Of a stretch of DNA of 64,000 bases, positions 1 to 8,504 are shown piece after piece. Location of the stretch: NCBI GenBank assembly GCA_023248215.1, contig JAHFEW010000008.1, forward strand, positions 723 through 64,722, in the 5' to 3' direction. The first letter of the stretch is position 1. Every line of letters begins with the position of its first letter. The notes under the pieces are model-generated. The model saw only the letters and a program-made list of their open reading frames with translations. It did no database searches and had not been told where the DNA came from. The position numbers and the translations under genes were made by a program. The DNA is from Nitrospira sp. GTDB taxonomy: Bacteria > Nitrospirota > Nitrospiria > Nitrospirales > Nitrospiraceae.

Positions 1-726
1 CTGGCAGGATCGTCTTCCACCGTTCCTGTCTTTTCAGCAGAGCAGATCCGGTTCTTGGTTCCACTGCTTGCGAGAGCCCTGGCAACCGCCGCGACAGATC
101 AGGTGGTTGGATTTCTGGTCACCACTCGGCGCCCTGGCGACTCACTGTTGGAATACTCCACCACCGAGACCACCGCCGGCTCCCTCTATGCCTATGGCCA
201 GTCGCTTTACTTTTTGCTCTCTCAGTATCGATCAGCGCCTGCCAGGACCAACACGGAAAATATCGCTCACCGGCGCCTCCCTGATACTTCGGGTCTGTCC
301 GACCATGTACTGCTTTTCACTCCTAGCTTCGCCCAAGGATCCGATAACTTTCATCGACCGGCAGCGGGTGCTACTACCGACAAGTTTCTTGCCATCGATT
401 ATCAGCTTCTGCAGGAAGTGTCGCCATCAGCGGCAGCACCTGCGCAGGCTCCGCCTCGGCCGGAACATACGATTGAACCGCCTCGACAGTCTGTACCAGT
501 CCTTCCGCCCTCCAAAAGCCCATTGAACGTCCAGAGAACCCTCGAGCAGCGAGATGACGAGGTTCACACGCTCAAAGACCTCATCATCAAGAAGGATTTA
601 GAGTTGGACGCACTCAGACAGGAACTGCAATCGATCCGACGACAACTCGACGACCAGACCACGCGGCAGGACAGCCAGAAGCGGAAAAACAAACCCCCTT
701 CCAAGTTGCAGCAAACAAATCCGTAA
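1..726 (+). CDS. Coiled-coil protein of unknown function, paralog of the 12902..13864 lipoprotein; 5' end lies outside the window
   Basis: Frame 1 is open from base 1 (LAGSSSTVPVFSAEQIRFLVPLLARALATAATDQVVGF). It aligns with TVPVFSGTEVAFLAPAIAEGLRQAAADQQVGF of the 12902..13864 product, so the ATG at 55 in the ORF track is internal. The two share an AYGxSLY...(Q/E)YR core, a Pro-rich linker and a C-terminal heptad-like segment (LRQELQSIRRQL vs LRKELQEIKRQL). Confidence 0.6.
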   Translation: MAGSSSTVPVFSAEQIRFLVPLLARALATAATDQVVGFLVTTRRPGDSLLEYSTTETTAGSLYAYGQSLYFLLSQYRSAPARTNTENIAHRRLPDTSGLSDHVLLFTPSFAQGSDNFHRPAAGATTDKFLAIDYQLLQEVSPSAAAPAQAPPRPEHTIEPPRQSVPVLPPSKSPLNVQRTLEQRDDEVHTLKDLIIKKDLELDALRQELQSIRRQLDDQTTRQDSQKRKNKPPSKLQQTNP

Positions 727-778
727 ATCTCGCACCTCAGCCGGCCGAAACGTGGTGGAGCAGGACTCTAACGGGACG

Positions 779-2557
779 CTAATAGTTGCGATACCCGTTG
801 GTGATCGGCATGCGGCGATCTTTTCCCAGCCCACGATGCGTGATCTTGATCCCGACCGGAGCCTGCCGACGTTTATACTCGCTCCGGTCCACTAGGCCCA
901 CGACACGCGCCACGGTGTCGCGGTCGAATCCCATCGCGACGATCTCCTCCACAGACCGATCTTCTTCGACATAGGCCTTTAGAATGGGATCGAGGACCGC
1001 ATAGGGCGGAAGACTGTCCTCGTCTTTCTGATCCGGCTTCAGTTCGGCTGTGGGCGGCCGATCCAGGGTCCGCTTGGGGATCACTGTTGTCTGGCCTTGT
1101 TGATTCCGCAATCTGGCCAGCTCATACACCATGGTCTTCGGGACATCCTTGATCACAGCAAACCCGCCGGCCATGTCTCCGTACAGCGTGGCGTACCCCA
1201 CACTCATCTCGCTCTTGTTTCCCGTCGTCAGAACCAGATGACCGAACTTGTTGGAAAACGCCATGAGGATGTTGCCTCTGATCCGGGCTTGGAGATTTTC
1301 TTCTGTCGTATCGACCGGCTTTCCTTGAAACGCCGGCGCCAGTGATCGCAGATAGCCGTCGAACGTCGGCGTGATCGCGATTGTCTGATAGTCGATCCCT
1401 GATCGACGAGCCAGCTCGGCCACATCTTCACCGCTCTCCCGCGATGTATACGGAGATGGCATGAAGATGCCCAAGACATTGTCCGCGCCGAGCGCGTCAA
1501 CGGCGATGACGGCCGTCAATGCGGAATCCACCCCCCCGCTGAGTCCAATCACCACGCGCTTGAAGCCGTTCTTTCTCACATAGTCTCTCACGCCAAGCAC
1601 CAGCGCTTTATAGACCTCATCAAATTCACCGAGCGGGGCCTCCAGCGACGGGACGATCCGGGACCGTGTCCTCACCGAAGCAGGCACCGTTGCCACGATC
1701 CGCTCGACCGCGGCCGCGATCCTCCCGCTAAGACTCTTTTTGCGTCCATGAGCCAGACGCCCGCGTCCCACCGCTTCCACATTGAGATCCGCCACCAGCA
1801 AGTCCTCCTCAAAGGACTTCGCTCTGGCGATGACTTCGCCGTTCTGGTCGACGATCACACTATTTCCATCAAAAATCAGCTCATCTTGCCCGCCGACCGT
1901 ATTGGTGTAGGTGACAATGACTCCGTTCTCACGTGCGCGCGTCGCCAGCATCTGCTCGCGAAACCGGCTCTTGCCGATATGAAAGGGCGAGGCGTTGATG
2001 TTGACGATGACCTCAGCGCCGGCCGCTGCTTGCGCTCGGGTGGGGCCGTCGGGCAGCCAAATGTCCTCGCAGATATTGACGCCGATCGTGACACCGTTCA
2101 GGCCAATCAACGGCAGCCTGCTCCCCGGATGGAAGTATCGCCCTTCATCAAAGACCCCATAATTTGGAAGGAGCCATTTGCAATAGGTGCCGATACAGCG
2201 CCGCTCTGCCAAGATCGCAGCCGCATTATAAAGTTCGTGCCGGTCCGCAGAGAGCACCGACGGCAAGCCCGACTGCGCTTTGGCCATCGATCCCTGACCG
2301 ACATACCCCACTACGGCGACGATCCCGACACATTCACGCGCGAGTTCGTCCAATACCCGCTGGTTATCGGCGACAAACTGCGGTTTCAGCAACAGGTCCT
2401 CCGGCGGATACCCGGTCACAGCCAATTCCGGGAAAGCCACCACATCCGCCTTGGCTTTCTTGGCTTCTCTGATCCAGGTCTTGATCAACCGGGCATTGCC
2501 GGGAATATCACCGACCGTCGGATTGATCTGAGCCATGGCGATTCGAAAGACGCGCAT
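779..2557 (-). CDS. nadE: Glutamine-dependent NAD+ synthetase (N-terminal CN-hydrolase/nitrilase domain plus C-terminal NAD synthetase domain)
   Basis: 592 aa. The N-terminus MRVFRIAMAQINPTVGD...FPELAVTGYPPEDL is typical of the glutaminase domain. The SGGVDS PP-loop motif (GLSGGVDSALTA) is present in the C-terminal half. Confidence 0.9.
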   Translation of the reverse strand: MRVFRIAMAQINPTVGDIPGNARLIKTWIREAKKAKADVVAFPELAVTGYPPEDLLLKPQFVADNQRVLDELARECVGIVAVVGYVGQGSMAKAQSGLPSVLSADRHELYNAAAILAERRCIGTYCKWLLPNYGVFDEGRYFHPGSRLPLIGLNGVTIGVNICEDIWLPDGPTRAQAAAGAEVIVNINASPFHIGKSRFREQMLATRARENGVIVTYTNTVGGQDELIFDGNSVIVDQNGEVIARAKSFEEDLLVADLNVEAVGRGRLAHGRKKSLSGRIAAAVERIVATVPASVRTRSRIVPSLEAPLGEFDEVYKALVLGVRDYVRKNGFKRVVIGLSGGVDSALTAVIAVDALGADNVLGIFMPSPYTSRESGEDVAELARRSGIDYQTIAITPTFDGYLRSLAPAFQGKPVDTTEENLQARIRGNILMAFSNKFGHLVLTTGNKSEMSVGYATLYGDMAGGFAVIKDVPKTMVYELARLRNQQGQTTVIPKRTLDRPPTAELKPDQKDEDSLPPYAVLDPILKAYVEEDRSVEEIVAMGFDRDTVARVVGLVDRSEYKRRQAPVGIKITHRGLGKDRRMPITNGYRNY

Positions 2558-2690
2558 AAAAAGCTTTCAGCCTTCAGCTATCACCTTGCGGCCAGTTGGC
2601 GGACTTTTTCAGTATCCCGCAAAAACTCCGGCAAGAAATAGCATCCGAGGCACGGGGTGTCAAATCCCCATTACGGCGATCCTACGTCAC

Positions 2691-3539
2691 TCAATAACGC
2701 CGGAGCACCGGTGGGGAAAGTCCCCAGAGATGGATTCTGACTGCCGCTGAAAGCGACTCCACGACATCGGTAAGCCCCGACGCTGATCGAGCCACCAGCT
2801 TAATCGCCAGGCCCGGAGCAGGCGGTTCAGAAACACCCCCGAAGACCTCTCCTGGCCACCGCTCCAGCAGGTCTACAATCGCGTCTTTCAACCGACTCAA
2901 CCTGCCTGACTCGATTCCGTCACCAATGACAAACCAGGAAGCCACATAGTCCCACTCAGCCGCAAGCTTGCCGACCGTTTCCGGAGTGATCTGAAACCGC
3001 TCAATCACCGAATCACCAGCAACAGCTCGGATGCAAATCTCGTTTTCGACGCGGGCGAACACCCACCGTTCGCGCATCGCAATCCGGCCGGAGGCCATCG
3101 CATCCCACAATACCACTGTCGCGCCTGGTGCAAGATCCACATGGATCGATTGGCGAAAGCGAGACCCGGCGAACGGAATTGTCACCTCAGGCAACCATTC
3201 CAGTCGCGCCTCAGGACCGACTGACAGACGAACCTCCTGCACGGCAAATTCAGACGCACTCCGATACACACGATTGGCGGATGGACTCGTCATCACCACG
3301 TGCGTCTGCGCGTGAAGCCGCGCATCCACCGACACATAGTCGCCGCCGACCAAGCCACCGGAGGGATTAACCATCCACGTATACGCACACCCACTGTCGT
3401 CGAGATATGAAGGAGGAAAGTGGTGCCACGGACTCGTACAAGAGGAACGGATGAGGATCGTGCGCCGGCCCTCGCGCTCGAACTCGTAGGCCAATGCGCC
3501 ACGTCGTCCGACGGCATCAATCAGTGAAGTCCCGTTCAT
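2691..3539 (-). CDS. ureD: Urease accessory protein UreD/UreH
   Basis: UreD-like sequence (NPSGGLVGGDYVSVDARL...). The ORF-track start at 3605 overlaps ureG by 41 nt, so the internal ATG at 3539 (MNGTSLID) is preferred. The start is uncertain. Confidence 0.8.
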   Translation of the reverse strand: MNGTSLIDAVGRRGALAYEFEREGRRTILIRSSCTSPWHHFPPSYLDDSGCAYTWMVNPSGGLVGGDYVSVDARLHAQTHVVMTSPSANRVYRSASEFAVQEVRLSVGPEARLEWLPEVTIPFAGSRFRQSIHVDLAPGATVVLWDAMASGRIAMRERWVFARVENEICIRAVAGDSVIERFQITPETVGKLAAEWDYVASWFVIGDGIESGRLSRLKDAIVDLLERWPGEVFGGVSEPPAPGLAIKLVARSASGLTDVVESLSAAVRIHLWGLSPPVLRRY

Positions 3540-3564
3540 CGGAAGTATCACACACGGCCTTCCT

Positions 3565-4230
3565 TTAGTGACGATGCGTGGACAGGAGTTGCTCAAGCCA
3601 GGCAATCACCTTATCGAGCCCCTGGCCTGCCTTGAGATTGGTGAAGAGAAACGGCAAGTCACCCCGCATCCGCCTGCTGTCCCGATCCATTATGGAGAGA
3701 TCGGCTCCGACATGCGGCGCGAGATCGACCTTGTTGATGACCAGCAAGTCGGAACGAGTGATGCCCGGCCCGCCCTTGCGGGGAATCTTGTCACCGGCCG
3801 CCACATCGATGACATAGATGACCCTATCGACGAGTTCGGGGCTGAATGTCGCGGCTAAGTTGTCGCCCCCGCTTTCGACAAACATCAGCTCAACGTCGGG
3901 ATGGCGCTTGAGTAAATCGTCCAGCGCCTCCTGATTATGCGAGGCATCTTCACGGATCGCCGTGTGCGGACAGCCACCTGTTTCCACACCGAGAATCCGG
4001 TCTTGGGGAAGCGCACCGCGGCGGGTGAGAAACTCGGCATCTTCTTTCGTGAAGATGTCGTTCGTGACCACCGCCAGACTGACATGATCGCGCAACCGCC
4101 GGCACAACGCTTCCACCAACGCCGTCTTCCCGGAGCCGACAGGCCCGCCAACCCCGATGACAGGGATACGGCGCGGGCGAGCGTTCATAGCGCGACCGCT
4201 TCCACAAAGATGGTCATCATCCCGATGCAT
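3565..4230 (-). CDS. ureG: Urease accessory GTPase UreG
   Basis: P-loop [28 protein letters not shown] and NKVDL motifs are present. An alternative start is the ATG at 4188 ([12 protein letters not shown]). Confidence 0.9.
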   Translation of the reverse strand: MHRDDDHLCGSGRAMNARPRRIPVIGVGGPVGSGKTALVEALCRRLRDHVSLAVVTNDIFTKEDAEFLTRRGALPQDRILGVETGGCPHTAIREDASHNQEALDDLLKRHPDVELMFVESGGDNLAATFSPELVDRVIYVIDVAAGDKIPRKGGPGITRSDLLVINKVDLAPHVGADLSIMDRDSRRMRGDLPFLFTNLKAGQGLDKVIAWLEQLLSTHRH

Positions 4231-4260
4231 AAGCGCGCAAAGAACGTATGGTTTTCGCCG

Positions 4261-7200
4261 TCACAAGGGGATGGGCGCGGGTGATGCAGCCAAACGACAG
4301 CCAAGTTCCGTCGCCAGGAGTTGATCGAGGACCGTGGTGGGGGGTAGCTCCAGAAAGACGTCCTCGGCCTCCACCTTCACCGGAAACACACGGATCTCAT
4401 ACTCATCCCCGCTGAGACATTTCCCGGATTCGAGAGAAAAGGTTTTTTTGTGCAAGGGACAGGCAATCTTGGGCCTATTGCCCGTCTCCCCGATAATGCC
4501 CTGGGACAAGACGAATGCCTTTTTGTGCGGACACATCTCTTGGCACGCATACCACTCGCCGCGGCCGGCGAAATTGAAAACCGCAATCTGGACCTTTCCA
4601 TACTTGATAGTTGCCCCGCCGTTGCGAGGAAAGTCGGAGACCGTTCCTACCTTCACCCAGACGCGCTGCGGCTCCTGCTCATGGCCCGCTTCGGGGAGGG
4701 GGTGATTCTGGAGCGCGCGGAACTGTTCGAGGGACACGGCTTCTGAAGGCCAATTGGCCGGGCGACGCTGGCCGCGTTCGCTGATGAATTCGATGCCCGC
4801 TTCGGTCTCATCGCTATTGACAAATTGACGGAAGAGTTTCTGTTGTTCGGCATCACGAACGACCTCCGCCCATTCGCAGGTGTAGGAATCCACCAAATGG
4901 CGCATCCGCTCCTCAAGCTCGGCGCAAATACCGAGCTGGTCGTGGATGATGACCTCCTTCAGACGTTCAAGGCCTCCCGCCAATTTCTCGATCCAGACGG
5001 AGGTCCGTGTCAGTTTGTCGGCGGTCATGATGTAGTACATGAGGAAGCGGTCGATGTACCTGATCGCCGTCTCCTCGTCGAGATCGGCGGCCAACAACTC
5101 CGCATGTCGCGGTTTGGCGCCGCCGTTTCCACAGACATACAGGTTGTAGCCCTTCTCCGTGGCGACCAGGCCGACATCTTTTCCTTGGGCTTCCGCGCAC
5201 TCGCGCACACACCCCGACACCGCGGCTTTGATCTTGTGCGGGGCGCGAATCCCTTTGTACCGATGTTCCAGCCGAATGGCGAACCCGACAGAATCTTGCA
5301 CCCCGTAGCGGCACCACGTCGAGCCAACACAGCTCTTTACCGTCCGCAAGGCTTTGCCATAGGCATGGCCGCTTTCGAAGCCGGCCCGGATGAGGTGTTC
5401 CCATATCTCCGGTAACCGGTGAACCGGCGCGCCGAACAGGTCGATGCGCTGCGCGCCGGTAATCTTTGTGTACAGGCCATAGGCCTTCGCAATTTCACCG
5501 AGCACGATCAGTTTGTCCGGAGTAATCTCGCCGCCCGGCACGCGGGGCACAACGGAGTACAGGCCGCCGCGCTGAATGTTGGCGAGGAACCGATCATTGG
5601 TATCCTGAAGCACGCGATGCGCCGGCTTGAGAATGTGTTCGTTCCACAATCCCGCCAGAATAGAGGCAACGGCCGGTTTGCAGACTTCACATCCAAGGCC
5701 GGTTCCGCACTGGGCGATGATGTCATCGAAGGACCGCAGAGTTTTGGTTTTGATGAGGGCGAGGAGTTCCGTGCGGGAATAAGGAAAATGCTCGCACAGA
5801 TGATTGGTGACCGTCAGCCCAGCCGCCTTCATTTCCGCGTGCAACAGATCGGTCACGAGCGGCAGACAGCCTCCGCAGCCGGTCCCGGCCTTGGTCGCCG
5901 CCTTCACCTCTCCGAGAGCGGTCAGATGCTGTTCGCGGATGGCCCGGCAAACGGCGCCCTTGGTCACGTTGTTGCAAGAGCATATCTGCGCCGACTCCGG
6001 CATCGCTTCCACCCCGCCCAACCTTGAGATGCCACTCGACGCGCCGAGAATCAGCTCGCCCGGCTTGCAGGGAAGAGGGGCGTCGCTTTTTGCCATGGCG
6101 GCGAGGAGGCCGTAGTCCGCGGCGTCACCCACCAAGATTCCTCCGAGCAGGCGTGTGCCGTCATGGCTCACGAGCAGTTTTTTGTACACCCCCTCGAAGG
6201 GCTCTTCCCAGGTGATCGGCTTTGCGGACAGAGGGCCGGCATCGAAATTGCCGAAGCTCGCGACATCAATGCCCACGAGCTTCAATTTCGCCGACAGATC
6301 GCCGCCGGTGAAGGATGCGCGACCGCCGGTGAGATTCAGGGCCACGGTCTCCGCCATTTGGTAGCCGGGCGCGACCAGGCCATAGATCATGCCTCCATGC
6401 CGCGCCACCTCCCCGACGGCGAAAATGGCGCGGTCGTTGGTTTCCAGCCGATCGTTCACCAAAATCCCGCCGTTCTTGCTGACATTGAGTCCGCATGCCC
6501 GCGCGAGCTCGTCTCGGGGGCAAATGCCGGCCGAGATAATCACCATATCCACCGCGAGTGTTTCACCGTCCTTGAAACGCAAGCCCGTGACGATCCCTTT
6601 GCCCAGCACTTCCTCGGTCGCTTTGTTGAGATGCACGGAAATGCCGAGCGCCTCGATCTTGCGAACCAGTGTGCGTGAACCGGTGTCGTCGAGCTGTCTG
6701 GCCATCAGCCGGGGCGCCAATTCGATCACATGCGTTTCCAGGCCAAGGTCATAGGCCGCTTTCGCCGCCTCCAGGCCGAGCAAGCCCCCGCCGATGATCG
6801 CCGCCCGCTTGACCGTCGACCCATAGGCAAAAATGCCTTGCAGGTCTTCAATCTTGCGATACATAAAGACGCCCTGGTGGTTGATGCCTGGAATTTTCGG
6901 GACAAAGGGATAGGAGCCGGTGGCAATCACGGCAAAATCATAGGCGATCTTCCTCCCCTTGTCGGAATGCACCACTTGGGCCTCACGATCGATCCGATTG
7001 GCGCAATCGCCGACATGCAATTCCACGCCATAGGTTTCGTACCATTCCGCCTTTGCCAGCAACAGTTTTTCGGCATCCCGGTGGGCAAAAAACGCGGTCA
7101 GGCCCACGCGGTCATAAGCCGCCCGCGGTTCTTCGCAAAACGTCACGATCCGATATTGCCGGGCGGTATCGTACTGGACCAATTTTTCGCAAAACCGCTG

Positions 7201-7269
7201 TCCCACCATCCCGTTGCCGATCACGACAACGTTCTTACGCGCATGCGGATCGTGATGCCCTTCTTGCAT
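4261..7269 (-). CDS. nirBD: Assimilatory NAD(P)H nitrite reductase, large subunit fused to a Rieske-type small subunit (NirB-NirD fusion)
   Basis: 1002 aa. N-terminal FAD/NAD Rossmann segment VVVIGNGMVGQRF. BFD-like 2Fe-2S segments (ICSCNNVTKGAV, GTGCGGCLP). Siroheme/4Fe-4S cysteines (SCVGSTWCRYG, SGCVRECAEA). The C-terminal ~110 aa is NirD-like with CPH...CPLH. Confidence 0.85.
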   Translation of the reverse strand: MQEGHHDPHARKNVVVIGNGMVGQRFCEKLVQYDTARQYRIVTFCEEPRAAYDRVGLTAFFAHRDAEKLLLAKAEWYETYGVELHVGDCANRIDREAQVVHSDKGRKIAYDFAVIATGSYPFVPKIPGINHQGVFMYRKIEDLQGIFAYGSTVKRAAIIGGGLLGLEAAKAAYDLGLETHVIELAPRLMARQLDDTGSRTLVRKIEALGISVHLNKATEEVLGKGIVTGLRFKDGETLAVDMVIISAGICPRDELARACGLNVSKNGGILVNDRLETNDRAIFAVGEVARHGGMIYGLVAPGYQMAETVALNLTGGRASFTGGDLSAKLKLVGIDVASFGNFDAGPLSAKPITWEEPFEGVYKKLLVSHDGTRLLGGILVGDAADYGLLAAMAKSDAPLPCKPGELILGASSGISRLGGVEAMPESAQICSCNNVTKGAVCRAIREQHLTALGEVKAATKAGTGCGGCLPLVTDLLHAEMKAAGLTVTNHLCEHFPYSRTELLALIKTKTLRSFDDIIAQCGTGLGCEVCKPAVASILAGLWNEHILKPAHRVLQDTNDRFLANIQRGGLYSVVPRVPGGEITPDKLIVLGEIAKAYGLYTKITGAQRIDLFGAPVHRLPEIWEHLIRAGFESGHAYGKALRTVKSCVGSTWCRYGVQDSVGFAIRLEHRYKGIRAPHKIKAAVSGCVRECAEAQGKDVGLVATEKGYNLYVCGNGGAKPRHAELLAADLDEETAIRYIDRFLMYYIMTADKLTRTSVWIEKLAGGLERLKEVIIHDQLGICAELEERMRHLVDSYTCEWAEVVRDAEQQKLFRQFVNSDETEAGIEFISERGQRRPANWPSEAVSLEQFRALQNHPLPEAGHEQEPQRVWVKVGTVSDFPRNGGATIKYGKVQIAVFNFAGRGEWYACQEMCPHKKAFVLSQGIIGETGNRPKIACPLHKKTFSLESGKCLSGDEYEIRVFPVKVEAEDVFLELPPTTVLDQLLATELGCRLAASPAPIPL

Positions 7270-7341
7270 GATGCCCTCTCACGTAGAGGAGATTGAACTG
7301 ATCGTTCGCTTTGGGACCAATAAACACACGCCCCAGGCTGT

Positions 7342-7357
7342 TGCTATGCGGACGCCA
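7342..7357 (-). promoter_or_regulatory. Candidate sigma-54 (-24/-12) promoter upstream of nirBD
   Basis: The minus strand reads TGGCGTCCGCATAGCA. GG and GC are spaced exactly as in the consensus TGGCAC-N5-TTGCA. The element ends about 72 nt upstream of the nirBD ATG. This is a motif match only. Confidence 0.3.
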
Positions 7358-7413
7358 CGATCATTGTGTGACCGCCGCGCTTTTGCTTTTCGTCCGGCTC
7401 AGGACATCGTCTC

Positions 7414-7439
7414 TGAGCGCCGCGTTCTCGTGGCGCTCA
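7414..7439. promoter_or_regulatory. Inverted repeat TGAGCGCC-N10-GGCGCTCA, a possible activator binding site or RNA hairpin
   Basis: Perfect 8-bp arms, centred about 70 nt upstream of the sigma-54-like element and downstream of the ureF terminator. Confidence 0.25.
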
Positions 7440-7487
7440 AATCGAACTCCGCACCGGCCTTAATGTCACCCGACCCGCCGGCTCAGC

Positions 7488-7529
7488 AAAAAAAAGCGTC
7501 CGTGGCTACTGGTCTGTAGCCACGGACGC
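7488..7529 (-). terminator. Rho-independent terminator downstream of ureF
   Basis: The minus strand reads GCGTCCGTGGCTAC-AGACCA-GTAGCCACGGACGC followed by TTTTTTTT. The 14-bp GC-rich stem is perfect, with a 6-nt loop and an 8-U tract. It lies 112 nt after the ureF stop. Confidence 0.8.
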
Positions 7530-7640
7530 CGTTGTCCGATTCAATATCTGTACCGTGTGACTGTAGAGACTTCGTTGTCTCTGGTTCCCTTATATCAAAT
7601 GGGCGCAGATACGGTCAAGGGAGGTTCATCTCTATCCCTC

Positions 7641-8327
7641 CTAGGACCGAAACAGTCGCGATTCCAGCCGACTATGTCGCATCGCGTAGATCTCCTGGAT
7701 CGGGGACCAGGACGAGAGTTCACGTTGTCCGGATGCTCGACGGCTGGCCTGCTGAACGACCGGCATCCAGCTCAACAACAACCGCTGTCCTTCACGGTGG
7801 CCGAGAGGCAGCAGCTTCATCGCAGCGGCCACACACCCCGTCGCGGTTTGGTACAGAAACGCGGCAATTGTATCTTCCTTCGACCACCCGGCAGCCGCCA
7901 GCGTCAGTCCCATGCTGACCGCCACATGTCCCGGTGTTTCATCCGATTCGACCGCAGCCGCATAATCCTCTATCAATGAATGGCGGTCTGGCTGTTCCGC
8001 CGCCAGGCGAATCACCTGCCGCCCCATCTGCCGGCTGGCGGTTCGTGACTCACGGCCCAGCTTCATCGTCTCCAGCTCTCGGTCGGCCTTCAGGGCCACT
8101 TCAAGAATCCCGGACACCATGGCGTCATGGGCCAAACCGGTGGCGACGGCCTCCCGCGTTCCGATCCCCGTCGTCAGCGCGTCCAGCACATATCGCGACA
8201 ACTCCTCCGAGGTCTTGACCGCGCCGCCCTGCACCGCCGCCTCCAACCCGGACGAGTAGGCATAGCCTCCCGATGGGAAGAAGCTATCGACGAAGCGAAG
8301 ACCGTTGAGAAGCGAGAGCGTGTTCAT
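7641..8327 (-). CDS. ureF: Urease accessory protein UreF
   Basis: 228 aa. The N-terminal LRFVDSFFPSGGYAYSSGLEAAV is characteristic of UreF. Confidence 0.85.
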   Translation of the reverse strand: MNTLSLLNGLRFVDSFFPSGGYAYSSGLEAAVQGGAVKTSEELSRYVLDALTTGIGTREAVATGLAHDAMVSGILEVALKADRELETMKLGRESRTASRQMGRQVIRLAAEQPDRHSLIEDYAAAVESDETPGHVAVSMGLTLAAAGWSKEDTIAAFLYQTATGCVAAAMKLLPLGHREGQRLLLSWMPVVQQASRRASGQRELSSWSPIQEIYAMRHSRLESRLFRS

Positions 8328-8504
8328 GGACTTCTTTCGTATTCCCCTCTTTGCGGATGCTCAAAAAGGTTTACCAACTAGGCCGCAGGCGTACCAATTC
8401 TCACCCGCCCACCCCGAGCTGCCGAGACAGCTCTTTCCCCGTATGTGGTACGTTGAGAATGCGTCCACGGTGAGCACGCCGCTGGACCACGTTTTCAGCA
8501 GCCA

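Noticed and set aside
7488-7529. The ureF terminator hairpin as a possible ANTAR-controlled terminator for nirBD.
   Set aside because: Its hexaloop is AGACCA, with no G at position 4. There is no second adjacent hexaloop hairpin. The sigma-54-like promoter candidate lies downstream of it. It is more simply the end of the ureABCF transcript.
8328-8504. A possible ureE remnant in the ureC-ureF spacer.
   Set aside because: No frame on the minus strand shows UreE-like sequence or a His-rich tail. The only ORF touching the region (8401..8661) is antisense-type junk overlapping ureC.
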